DNA of 64,000 bases from Candidatus Spongiisociaceae bacterium (GTDB lineage Bacteria; Actinomycetota; Acidimicrobiia; Spongiisociales; Spongiisociaceae), in contig OZ253564.1 of the NCBI GenBank assembly GCA_965262915.1, positions 1,792,001-1,856,000 on the forward strand. The letters are read 5' to 3'. Position 1 is the first letter of the stretch. Each line of letters starts with the position of its first letter. A program made the position numbers and the translations under genes. This document shows positions 30,512 to 44,279 of this stretch, piece after piece. The notes beneath the pieces are model-generated. The model was given only the letters and a program-made list of their open reading frames with translations, made no database searches and was not told where the DNA came from.

Positions 30512-33007
30512 ATGAAGGTCCCGATCGGTTGGCTGGCCGACTTCCTCGATCTCCCGACGCGGGATCCGCACCAACTCGAGCAGGTCCTGGTCTCGCTTGG
30601 CCATGAGGTGGAGTCGATCGAGGAGTTCCTACCTTCCTTCGAGGGCGTGGTCGTCGGGCGGGTAGAGGAGGTGCGGCCCCATCCGGATGCCGACCTGATC
30701 CGCTTCTGCCGTGTCTACGACGGTTCCCTGACCCACGACGTGGTGTGCGGGGCGTGGAACTTCGGCGCCGGCGCGCTGATCGCGTATGCCCGGGTGGGCT
30801 CGCGGCTCGCCACGGACACCGACCGGCCCACCGAAGTGGGCAGCCGCAAGATCCGGGGAGTGGTTTCGCATGGCATGATCGCATCGGCCCGGGAACTGGG
30901 ACTCGGGGACGATCATGAGGGCATCCTGGTGCTGGACGAACTGGGCGCGGCGCGTGCCGACGACCTGGGTCGTCCGCTCGATGAGGTGATCGGTCTCTCC
31001 GACGTGGTGCTGGATGTGAGCATCACCACCAACCGCGGTGACTGCATGAGCATTCGCGGCTTGGCCCGCGAGCTGGCTGCGTACTGGCAGATCCCCCTCA
31101 AGGACGTGAGTCCGCGTCCCGAGGTCGGCTCCAGGACCGCGGACTTCGAGGTTTCCATCCGCGATACGGGAGCCTGCCCACGGTTCGTAGCCCACCAGGT
31201 CGACGGCGTGACGATCGGCCCGTCGCCGATGTGGATGCAACTTCGCCTGCTGGCCATCGGGCAGCGGCCCATCTCCAATGTGGTGGACGTCTCGAACTAT
31301 GTGATGTGGGAGTTGGGCCACCCGATCCACACCTTCGATGCCGACACCGTGGCCAGGCGGCACATCATCATCCGCCGGGCGATGGAGGGGGAGACCCTGG
31401 AGACGCTGGACGGAGTCGAACGGGAACTGCGCGCCGGAGACATCCTGGTCACGGACCCGTCGGGCCCCATAGCCCTGGCCGGGGTGATGGGGGGAGCCTC
31501 GACCGAGGTGTCCGGATCGACCACCAACATCCTCGTGGAGGCCGCCAACTGGCATCCCCCTTCCATCCTTCACATCTCTCATCGTCTGGGCCTCCGCAGC
31601 GAAGCGTCCGCACGGTTCGAGCGTGGAGTCGATCCCAACCTGTCGGGCCTGGCCAACGCCCGGACTGTGGAGCTGATCGCAATGACAGCCGGGGGTGTGC
31701 CGCGGGCGGGCGCGGTGGACTCCTACCAGGTCCCGGTGTCGCCCTGGGAGGTGGGCCTCGAAGCGCGGGACGTGAGCCGGTTGCTGGGGCCGGCCCCTTC
31801 GTTCGAAGAGTCCCTCGTCCTGCTCAACCGGCTGGGGTTCGGGGTGGTCCGGGAGGATAGCGCCGCTCGGGTCACGGTTCCCACCCATCGCGCCGACGTG
31901 ACCCGTCCTGTCGACCTGGTGGAGGAGATAGCCCGCCTCCACGGGTTCGACCGCTTCCCCGATCTGGTCCGGTACGGCCGGAAGGGTACGCTGACCCCGT
32001 CGCAGACCGCCACCCGCCGCATCCGCGAGACTCTGGTGGGCGCCGGCCTTACCGAGGCGCAGACCCTGAGCTTTTTGGGACAGGCCGACTTGGACGCCCT
32101 GCGCCTCCCCGAGGACGACCCCCGCTGGAAGGGTATGCGGGTCAAGAATCCTTTACGCGAAGAAGAGTCCGTCCTACGCACGACCCTGGTACCTGGGCTG
32201 ATCAAAGCGGCATTGTGGAACCTGGCTCAAGGGCTCGCGGACGTACGGCTGTTCGAGACGGGCCGCGTCTTCCGATCTACGTCCGACCCGAACGATCCCC
32301 GGATCCCGCATCAGCCGGTGCAGCTGGGGATGATCCTGGTAGAGGACGACTTAGCTGTGTTCTCGAGGCAGGGTTTCCCCCAGGAGACGCGACGGCGTTT
32401 GGAGCAGGAGTCGAGCTCCGACGGCCGCAGGCTCCTATTCGAGAGTACGGGTCTCATCGACTTGCTCGGTAGGGTCACGGGACTACGGTTGGAACTAGTG
32501 CAGGAGACCCTTCCGATGCTCCATCCGGGGCGGGGTGCCATGGTTCTCTGCGAGGGGACGCCGGTCGGTCTGGTTGGCGAACTGCATCCTCTACTGGCCC
32601 GGCACTTCGCGAGCACCCAAGACTTCTGGTTGCAGAAGCAGCACTTCGTGGTGGCCGAACTGGATCTCGCTCCGCTCGTATCGAGATCTTCGGAGTGGGA
32701 GCTCAAGGAGGTTTCCGCCTACCCGCCACTGTACTTCGATATGGCATTCATAATCCCCGACTCGACGCCCGCCGGCCGCCTGCTCGAGGTGATCGGGAAG
32801 AGCGCCGGTTCTCATCTGGAGCAATTGGATCTCTTTGACGAGTTCCGGGGAGGGTCGATTCCAGAGGGTCACCGAAGTCTGGCGGTACGGGTCACCCTGC
32901 GGGCCATGGACCATACCCTCTCCTACCGCGAGACGGCTCCCATCATGAGAGGTATCGCAGCTGTGGTGGAGCGGGAACTCGGCGGGATCCTGCGGGGCAG
33001 CGTGTGA
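30512..33007 (+). CDS. pheT: Phenylalanine-tRNA ligase beta subunit
   Basis: HPDAD, VCGA.N, NRGDCMS, RFERG, DLVEEIARL.G, C-terminal FDX-ACB-like domain. Confidence 0.97.
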   Translation: MKVPIGWLADFLDLPTRDPHQLEQVLVSLGHEVESIEEFLPSFEGVVVGRVEEVRPHPDADLIRFCRVYDGSLTHDVVCGAWNFGAGALIAYARVGSRLATDTDRPTEVGSRKIRGVVSHGMIASARELGLGDDHEGILVLDELGAARADDLGRPLDEVIGLSDVVLDVSITTNRGDCMSIRGLARELAAYWQIPLKDVSPRPEVGSRTADFEVSIRDTGACPRFVAHQVDGVTIGPSPMWMQLRLLAIGQRPISNVVDVSNYVMWELGHPIHTFDADTVARRHIIIRRAMEGETLETLDGVERELRAGDILVTDPSGPIALAGVMGGASTEVSGSTTNILVEAANWHPPSILHISHRLGLRSEASARFERGVDPNLSGLANARTVELIAMTAGGVPRAGAVDSYQVPVSPWEVGLEARDVSRLLGPAPSFEESLVLLNRLGFGVVREDSAARVTVPTHRADVTRPVDLVEEIARLHGFDRFPDLVRYGRKGTLTPSQTATRRIRETLVGAGLTEAQTLSFLGQADLDALRLPEDDPRWKGMRVKNPLREEESVLRTTLVPGLIKAALWNLAQGLADVRLFETGRVFRSTSDPNDPRIPHQPVQLGMILVEDDLAVFSRQGFPQETRRRLEQESSSDGRRLLFESTGLIDLLGRVTGLRLELVQETLPMLHPGRGAMVLCEGTPVGLVGELHPLLARHFASTQDFWLQKQHFVVAELDLAPLVSRSSEWELKEVSAYPPLYFDMAFIIPDSTPAGRLLEVIGKSAGSHLEQLDLFDEFRGGSIPEGHRSLAVRVTLRAMDHTLSYRETAPIMRGIAAVVERELGGILRGSV

Positions 33008-33888
33008 TCGACTTCCTGGGGATCGCCGACCTGGATCCGGTCTCTCTCGAGAGACTGGTGGAGTCGGCGGCTCGAATCAGGCGGGACCGCACCCTTCACA
33101 GGCGGGCCCTGGCCGGTCGGCGGATCGGGCTGTTCTTCGAGAAGCCCTCCACCCGCACGCGGGTGTCGAGCGAGATCGCCGTTCTCGAGATGGGCGCCCA
33201 CCCGGTGGTACTCGGTCAGGACGAGGTCGGGCTCGGTACCCGCGAGGCGGTTGGCGACGTGGCTCGCGTGCTCGACCGATACCTGGATCTCCTGGCGCTG
33301 CGGGTCTTCGACCACTCCAATCTGGTCGAGGTTGCGGAGGCCGCCCACGCACCGGTGGTGAACCTGCTGTCCGATCTCGAACACCCCTGCCAGGCCGTGG
33401 CCGATCTGCAGACCATCGCCGAGCACCGACCGGTCGACCGGGCGGTGGTGGCCTACGTCGGCGACGGCAACAACGTCTGCCATAGCCTGATGCTGGGTGT
33501 CGCCCTTCTCGGCGGCGAGATGCGCGTCATCTGCCCTCCCGGTTACGAGCCACGGGAGGACCTCGTCGGTCGGGGAGGGAGCCGTATCACCGTTTCTCCG
33601 GATCCGGCGGCTCTCGAGGGCGCCGATGTGGTCTACACCGACGTGTGGACATCGATGGGCCAGGAAACGGAGGCAGCCGATCGTGCAACGGCCTTCTCCG
33701 CTTACCGCGTCGACGGGGCGACGTTCGCCCGTGCCAGGCCGGATGCCGTCTTTCTCCACTGCCTGCCCGCCCACAGGGGGGAGGAGGTGACCGACGAGGT
33801 GATCGACCACCCGAGGTCACGCGTGTTCGAACAGGCGGAAAACCGGCTACATTCGATGAAGGCGATCCTGCTCGAACTGCTGGCTTGA
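33004..33888 (+). CDS. argF: Ornithine carbamoyltransferase
   Basis: FEKPSTRT, HPCQ, DVWTSMGQE, HCLPAHRG. Confidence 0.96.
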   Translation: MIDFLGIADLDPVSLERLVESAARIRRDRTLHRRALAGRRIGLFFEKPSTRTRVSSEIAVLEMGAHPVVLGQDEVGLGTREAVGDVARVLDRYLDLLALRVFDHSNLVEVAEAAHAPVVNLLSDLEHPCQAVADLQTIAEHRPVDRAVVAYVGDGNNVCHSLMLGVALLGGEMRVICPPGYEPREDLVGRGGSRITVSPDPAALEGADVVYTDVWTSMGQETEAADRATAFSAYRVDGATFARARPDAVFLHCLPAHRGEEVTDEVIDHPRSRVFEQAENRLHSMKAILLELLA

Positions 33889-34427
33889 TGGCGCCCGACC
33901 TGTCGGGACCCGTGGAGCACGTGGCCCGGCGCCTGCTGGGCCACCACCTCGTCTCTGATTTGGGAGCAGTGACGGCGGTGGTGGTCGAAGAGGTGGAGGC
34001 CTACGGCGGCGGCGCCGATCCCGCTTCCCACGCCTACCGCGGGCCGACCGCCCGGAACGCCTCGATGTTCGGGCCCGCCGGGACGCTCTACGTCTATCGC
34101 TCCTACGGGATTCACTGGTGCGCCAACGTCGTCACCGGCTCCTCCGGAGAGGGGCAGGCGGTGCTGATCCGAGGAGGCAGGGTGGTCGAAGGACTGGAAA
34201 CCGTCGTCTGCCGGCGTGGCCGCAGCGACCATCTGGCGGACGGGCCCGGCAAGCTCGCCCAGGCTCTGGGGATCACAGGGCGGCTCGACGGAACCTCGGT
34301 GTTGACCGGACCGGTGCACCTGGAGCCCGGAATCGTTCCGGATCCGGCTTCGGTGCGCACCACTTCACGGATCGGCATCACCAGGGAGGTGGATCGCCCG
34401 TGGAGGTTCGTGGTCCGTGGTCCGTGA
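33888..34427 (+). CDS. DNA-3-methyladenine glycosylase (MPG/AAG family)
   Basis: EVEAY, DPASH, YVYRSYGIHWCAN, AVLIR, GPGKL, RIGI. Confidence 0.93.
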   Translation: MAPDLSGPVEHVARRLLGHHLVSDLGAVTAVVVEEVEAYGGGADPASHAYRGPTARNASMFGPAGTLYVYRSYGIHWCANVVTGSSGEGQAVLIRGGRVVEGLETVVCRRGRSDHLADGPGKLAQALGITGRLDGTSVLTGPVHLEPGIVPDPASVRTTSRIGITREVDRPWRFVVRGP

Positions 34428-34534
34428 CCCGTGGTCGGTGGTTTTTCTCTCGGATCTGAGCTCGAGACTGACATACCCCGCCTCGTGGAACACCGGCGCC
34501 GGGACCATCCGGCACTGTCGCTAATCTCGAACTC

Positions 34535-35749
34535 ATGACTGCCACGCAAGACAAGAGCCCGGAGCAACAGGCCGAGGAACTCCTCCGGGATGTCGACACC
34601 TTCCTACCCAAGGACGAACTGGCCGCACGAATCGCCGAAGGTCGGCCTCTGCGTGCGAAGCTGGGCGTCGATCCGACCGCCTCGTCGGTAACGCTCGGTT
34701 GGGCCGTGGTGCTTCGCAAGTTGCGCCAGTTCCAGGATCTCGGCCACACCGCGGTGTTGATCGTGGGGGACTTCACGACCCAAGTGGGCGATCCGAGCGG
34801 GCAGTCCGAGACGCGGAAGCCCCTGTCGGCGGTGGAGATCGACCGTCATACGCGGGCGGTTCTCAAGGACTTCGGTCGGATCCTCTCGCAGGACAACCTC
34901 GAGATCAGGCGCAACTCCGCGTGGCTTCGTCCCTTGGACATGGGTGACGTTCTGGAGCTGACCGCCACATCCACGCTGGCCCAGATGCTGGAGCGGGACG
35001 ACTTCGCCAAGCGACTGGCCGCTCGCCGGCCCATCTCGATGATGGAGTTCATCTATCCACTCCTCCAGGGTTACGACTCGGTAGCTGTCGAGGCGGACCT
35101 GGAACTCGGCGGGAGAGACCAACTCTTCAACCTGATCATGGGCCGCCAGATCCAGCAACGCTATGGGCAGCGCCCACAGATGGTTCTGACCATGCCGCTG
35201 CTGATCGGAACAGACGGGCAGAAGAAGATGTCCCAGTCTCTGGGCAACTATGTCGGGATCGACGACCCGCCGGCCGAGATGTTCGGCAAGACGATGAGCA
35301 TCCCGGATGCGATAATGCCCCAGTGGTTCATGTTGGCCTCCGGTCTCGAGTGGAAGGAGGTCCGGGGTGTCGTCTCGGATCTCGGCGCCGACCGTATCCA
35401 TCCGGGGAAGGCAAAGCGTCGGTTGGCACGCTCGATCGTGGACCTCTACCACGGGTCGGGTAGCGGTATGGAGGCGGAGGCGGCCTTCGACCGCCAGTTC
35501 AAACTACGTCGGGCCCCGAAGGATGTTCCGACCCATCCGGTGGATACGCAGGATCAGGTTTACATCCCCGGTCTGCTGGCCGCCGCCGGCCTAGTGGCTT
35601 CCAACAGCGAGGGCAGACGTATGCTCGCTCAGGGGGCCGTGAAGATCGATGGCGGCAAGATCACCTCTGATGTCTTACCGCGTGCGAAGTTGTTGGACAC
35701 GGTGATCTCGGTCGGTAAGCGTAGGTTTGCCAGGCTGGTCGATCGCTAG
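34535..35749 (+). CDS. tyrS: Tyrosine-tRNA ligase
   Basis: KLGVDPTA, GDPSG, YPLLQGYD, GGRDQ, KMSQS, C-terminal S4-like domain. Confidence 0.97.
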   Translation: MTATQDKSPEQQAEELLRDVDTFLPKDELAARIAEGRPLRAKLGVDPTASSVTLGWAVVLRKLRQFQDLGHTAVLIVGDFTTQVGDPSGQSETRKPLSAVEIDRHTRAVLKDFGRILSQDNLEIRRNSAWLRPLDMGDVLELTATSTLAQMLERDDFAKRLAARRPISMMEFIYPLLQGYDSVAVEADLELGGRDQLFNLIMGRQIQQRYGQRPQMVLTMPLLIGTDGQKKMSQSLGNYVGIDDPPAEMFGKTMSIPDAIMPQWFMLASGLEWKEVRGVVSDLGADRIHPGKAKRRLARSIVDLYHGSGSGMEAEAAFDRQFKLRRAPKDVPTHPVDTQDQVYIPGLLAAAGLVASNSEGRRMLAQGAVKIDGGKITSDVLPRAKLLDTVISVGKRRFARLVDR

Positions 35750-35800
35750 CCCGCCGGGCCCCGCGGTCCAGTCCGGCAACCCCTACCTTGACAGACTTGC

Positions 35801-36109
35801 TCAGCAGCCCAGGGCATAGCCCACCGCCCTGCACACGTTGCGCATCGTGATGTCGTCCACGGCGCCGACAGGGCCGGAAAGGGATGACCGCGCAACGGTG
35901 TGCAGACCATCACAGTTGATGACCGACGGGCGGTCGAGACCGGCCCTTCGATGATCGAGATCGACCTCGGCGGCAAGACCGCGGATGGATGTGGTCACCT
36001 CCGCCACTGTGACGAACCGCCGCACATCGATGATCTCGGGGCGGGTGAGGATCAGAACGGGCCGGACCTTACGACCGGCTCGCGCCATCCAGATCTCCCC
36101 TCGGGTCAC
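35801..36109 (-). CDS. PemK/MazF-family toxin
   Basis: RGEIW, K.RPVLIL, TTS, SVINCD; GTG start overlaps antitoxin stop. Confidence 0.88.
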   Translation of the reverse strand: MTRGEIWMARAGRKVRPVLILTRPEIIDVRRFVTVAEVTTSIRGLAAEVDLDHRRAGLDRPSVINCDGLHTVARSSLSGPVGAVDDITMRNVCRAVGYALGC

Positions 36110-36315
36110 TCCTTGCCCCACGCTTCGGCTTCGTCCCAGAACTGATCGGCCTGCTCGGGCATGCGCCGGTACGCGGCCCGATCAGACTCGGCAAGCGCGG
36201 CGCGGACAGCCCTAGCGACACCGTCGCGCGCGGCGGCCGAGATGTTGACGTTCAGCCTACGAGCTTGATCGAGCAGTCTCCCGTCCAGGGTAAAGGTGGT
36301 TCTCCTACTAGCCAT
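36106..36315 (-). CDS. Type II antitoxin (RHH, CcdA/MazE-like)
   Basis: 69 aa, RTTFTLD..LLDQAR..NVNIS, acidic C-terminus, immediately upstream of the toxin. Confidence 0.8.
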   Translation of the reverse strand: MASRRTTFTLDGRLLDQARRLNVNISAAARDGVARAVRAALAESDRAAYRRMPEQADQFWDEAEAWGKE

Positions 36316-36832
36316 ATCCTAATGCTATCACTAGATGCTAGCCTTCCTGTCTGGATCCGGCACGTGCCTCCCTGTGGGCACATGCGGGAACACCTGCTAT
36401 AGTTATGCGGCTAGCTGCTTTAGCTACCTCTCCGGTTCCGCAGCCCGGTTACAGTCTTGACTGTCCACCGGTGCGGCGTCTGGGTCGGAGAGGTGGATGG
36501 AGCGGCTGACCGCAGGAGCTGCGGATCGGGCTCCTTGACAACTGAACAGCGTGTCAAAAGCCGAATGTCCATTCCTGGGCGGGTCGGTCTTGCTCACCCG
36601 TGTTCCCTCTATGAGGTTCCGCGGGAGGATGCTTGACATGGCCCGGCCAATGGGAATGTACTCCCGGCCGTCGGAACCAACCGGCGGCCAGGGATTGAAC
36701 TATCGGGTCCGGCGGGACGCACCCCAAATGGTGCCGTCTCCCTGATCCGAGAACACTGACAGGATTCAGTCCGGGTTCCATTCCGGGCGGGCCTCGGGTC
36801 CGTTCCGTTCTGCGATCCCGGTCGAAGAACTG

Positions 36833-38363
<1,531 letters not shown>

Positions 38364-38782
38364 AAGGAGTACGGAGGGACGGGGAACGACTCTTCCGCTT
38401 AGCGGAGGATGAGTTCTCGAAAGCGTCCCAAAGTCCGGGGCTCACGACAGCCCCGGGAGGAGTTCCAGGCTATATGCTTGGTACTCTGCTCTTAGTTGAT
38501 CGTTCGGTTACTCGGCCGTAGGCCATTATCTCAAGAAGTTGAGCCATTCCCCGTTTACGGGTGATGCAAGCTCCTTTGACGGATACGGGCCCGGCGGTCG
38601 GACACGCTGTTTAGTCGTGAAGGAGTCCCCGCCCCCTCCGCTACATGTGGATGGGTGCCGGTGGTCCTTGTGACGGCGATCCCTGGTTCGTGCTTGTGTC
38701 CTTGTGACATTTGCATGTGTCGGGTGAGAGTCGGGCTCTTTGAGAACTGCATAGCGAGCATGAATTGTCTTGAATTCTCTAT

Positions 38783-41882
<3,100 letters not shown>

Positions 41883-41970
41883 CGCAGAATTCAAGCATCA
41901 TGCTCGCTATGGAGTGCTCCAAGAGCACCCCTCGTTCGGTGTACGGGGGCAGTGAGAACTGAATAGAAGC

Positions 41971-42090
<120 letters not shown>

Positions 42091-42098
42091 CGATCGTG

Positions 42099-42124
42099 AG
42101 GGCCGCCCGAACCGGGCGGCCCTC
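42099..42124 (+). terminator. GC-rich hairpin after 5S rRNA
   Basis: agggccgcccg-aac-cgggcggccct perfect inverted repeat; no U-tract. Confidence 0.55.
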
Positions 42125-42183
42125 CTGTATGACCGACCAGGGTTCCCTTGTCGGCACCGGTCGGAGGGGAAGGACCGGTCGGG

Positions 42184-42290
42184 CTAGGAGAGGGCTCGAG
42201 AACCCCTCGTTGGCCTGACGGTCGGTCACCGAGTGCCACGTCAACGGACGACGGGCCAACCGTTTTCGCCGTTATTGAGCCTCCTCCTAG
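42184..42290. mobile_element. MITE family B (~107 bp)
   Basis: CTAGgagagggctc...gagcctcctcCTAG ends; internal gttggcc...gccacgtca.cgga..cgggccaacc shared with copies at 49012 and 51229. Confidence 0.82.
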
Positions 42291-42323
42291 GATGGTGCTC
42301 ACATATAGCTCACATCAAAACAG

Positions 42324-42550
42324 ACAAGGCCGATGAAGCGTGACGATGGACGGACCTCGAGAAGGTAGAGCGGCAGGCTCGGAGATTCCGACGCCCGAGC
42401 CGTAGCCGGAAAGGCACCGGAGCCGGGGAGTCTCCGGTGCGGTCGGTCCCTGGCCGTCTGCCCGGCGACCAGTGAGTCGGTGCCCGGGTGCCGACCCCTT
42501 CCGGGACTATCCCGAGCAGGGGCCGTCGTGTGGCGCGCAGCAGGGCTGTG
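42324..42550 (+). ncRNA. Candidate structured RNA (6S-like or cis-leader) upstream of rny
   Basis: Long-range pairings acgatgg(42343-49)/ccgtcgt(42523-29) and gaagg(42361-65)/ccttc(42497-501) enclosing three hairpins. Confidence 0.45.
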
Positions 42551-42568
42551 ACCTTGGAGGTCGCGATC

Positions 42569-44101
42569 ATGGATACAAGTCTGCTTGCGATAAGCGCAGT
42601 AGGGATTGCGCTTATCGGCTTGTCGGTTTCGGTCCTGATCATGCAGAGGCGCGTTCGCCGGCAGGTACTCGCTCCCCGAGAAGGGAACGTCGGTTCCGCC
42701 CGCCGGGAGGCGCAGCGGATCCTGAGTCGGGCCGAGGACGAGGGACGAGCACGGGCCGAGGCCTATCGGGAGCGTGAGGAGGCCCAACTCGACCATCGCC
42801 GGGTGGAGTTGGCATCGGCCGAAGAGCGCCTGATCCAGCGTGAGAAGACACTCGAGCAGCGGGCGTCCAACCTGGCCCAGAGGGAGCAGTTACTGCTGCA
42901 GCGGGAGGCGGCGGTGTCCGAGTCGCGGGCCGATGTGGAGCAGCTCACCGAAGATGCGCGGTCGAATCTCGAACGGATCAGCTCGCTCGATGCCAAGGCC
43001 GCCAAAGAGGAGTTGGTCAACCGGGTACGCGACGAGGCCCGTCGGGAGGCGATGTTGCTGGTTCGTGACAGTGAGATGCGGGCTCGCGAGGAAGCCGATC
43101 GCCGAGCGCGCCGCATCCTGGCCACGGCCATCGAGCGACTGTCCGCGCAAGTGGTCATGGAGACAACGGTCTCGGTCGTCGAGCTCCCGAGGGAGGAGAT
43201 GAAGGGCCGGATAATCGGGCGCGAGGGTCGGAACATACGCGCCTTCGAAGCGGTCACCGGAGTCAATCTGGTGGTGGACGAGACCCCGGAGGTAGTGGTG
43301 GTCTCGTCCTTCGATCCGGTACGGAGGGAGGTCGCCCGGATCACGCTGGAGAAGTTGATCGCCAACGGGCGCATCCATCCGGCCGCTATCGAGGAGCTCT
43401 TTGCCAAGGCGAAGGTCGAGGTCGAGCAGTCGGTACGCGACGCGGGCGAATGGGCGATGCTCGATGTGGGTATATCCAGGATGCACCCCGAATTGGTCAC
43501 GCTCCTCGGGCGGCTGAAGTACCGCACTTCGTACGGGCAGAACGTGCTCGGTCACCTGGTGGAATCCGCCCACATCGCCGGCATGCTCGGCGTGGAGCTC
43601 GGCGTGGACCCCGCGCCGATCAAGAGATCCGCCTTCCTCCACGACATCGGCAAGGCGGTGACCCATCATGTGGAGGGAGCCCATGCGTTGATCGGTGCCG
43701 AGATCGCCCGGAGATTCGGGGAAGAGCCGGCCATCGTCCACGGTATAGAGGCCCATCACAACGACGTGGAACCGCGTACGTTGCTGGCCATCATCGTCCA
43801 GGCTGCCGATACGGTGTCGGCAGCCCGGCCCGGAGCCCGGCGGGAAGCGTTGGAATCGTACGTACGGCGTCTCGTACAGATGGAGGAGCTGATAAAGGGG
43901 TTCGGCGGGGTGGAGCGGGTCTTCGCCATGCAGGCCGGTCGTGAGGTACGGGTGGTGGTGGACCCGCGGGCGGTGGACGATCTGGAAGCCGCTCACCTCG
44001 TCCGGCGTATCTCCCGCCGTCTCGAGGAGGATCTGCGTTACGCCGGGCAGATCGAAGTGACGGTGATCCGCGAGTTGCGGGTCACCGACTATGCCCGCTA
44101 G
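42569..44101 (+). CDS. rny: Ribonuclease Y
   Basis: N-terminal TM, coiled coil, MKGRIIGREGRNIR KH domain, LHDIGK HD domain; SD GGAGG at 42556. Confidence 0.97.
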   Translation: MDTSLLAISAVGIALIGLSVSVLIMQRRVRRQVLAPREGNVGSARREAQRILSRAEDEGRARAEAYREREEAQLDHRRVELASAEERLIQREKTLEQRASNLAQREQLLLQREAAVSESRADVEQLTEDARSNLERISSLDAKAAKEELVNRVRDEARREAMLLVRDSEMRAREEADRRARRILATAIERLSAQVVMETTVSVVELPREEMKGRIIGREGRNIRAFEAVTGVNLVVDETPEVVVVSSFDPVRREVARITLEKLIANGRIHPAAIEELFAKAKVEVEQSVRDAGEWAMLDVGISRMHPELVTLLGRLKYRTSYGQNVLGHLVESAHIAGMLGVELGVDPAPIKRSAFLHDIGKAVTHHVEGAHALIGAEIARRFGEEPAIVHGIEAHHNDVEPRTLLAIIVQAADTVSAARPGARREALESYVRRLVQMEELIKGFGGVERVFAMQAGREVRVVVDPRAVDDLEAAHLVRRISRRLEEDLRYAGQIEVTVIRELRVTDYAR

Positions 44102-44265
44102 TGGTCTGTCTGCAAGATGATTCGCCGTGTCCTGCTTGGCATCGACGCCCCTCGCTGCGTTCCGCTTCCTCGACGTATGCTCCCGGCATGCCTTCGCCGG
44201 CTGGCCTCGCGAGGAACGCTGTTGCAGGCGCATGCCACACCGCTATTTCACAGACAGACCACTAG
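44098..44265. mobile_element. MITE family A, copy 2
   Basis: Perfect CTAG-TGGTCTGTCTG...CAGACAGACCA-CTAG ends. Confidence 0.88.
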
Positions 44266-44279
44266 CCGATCGGTGTGAC

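Noticed and set aside
38364-38782. tRNA genes in the 16S-23S spacer
   Set aside because: No cloverleaf or T-loop consensus found
42328-42340. SAM-I riboswitch or T-box (ggccgatgaagc)
   Set aside because: Other conserved elements (GAGGGA, GCAACC, GGTGC.AA; T-box GGTGG.ACC) are not in the expected positions, and rny is not a logical target
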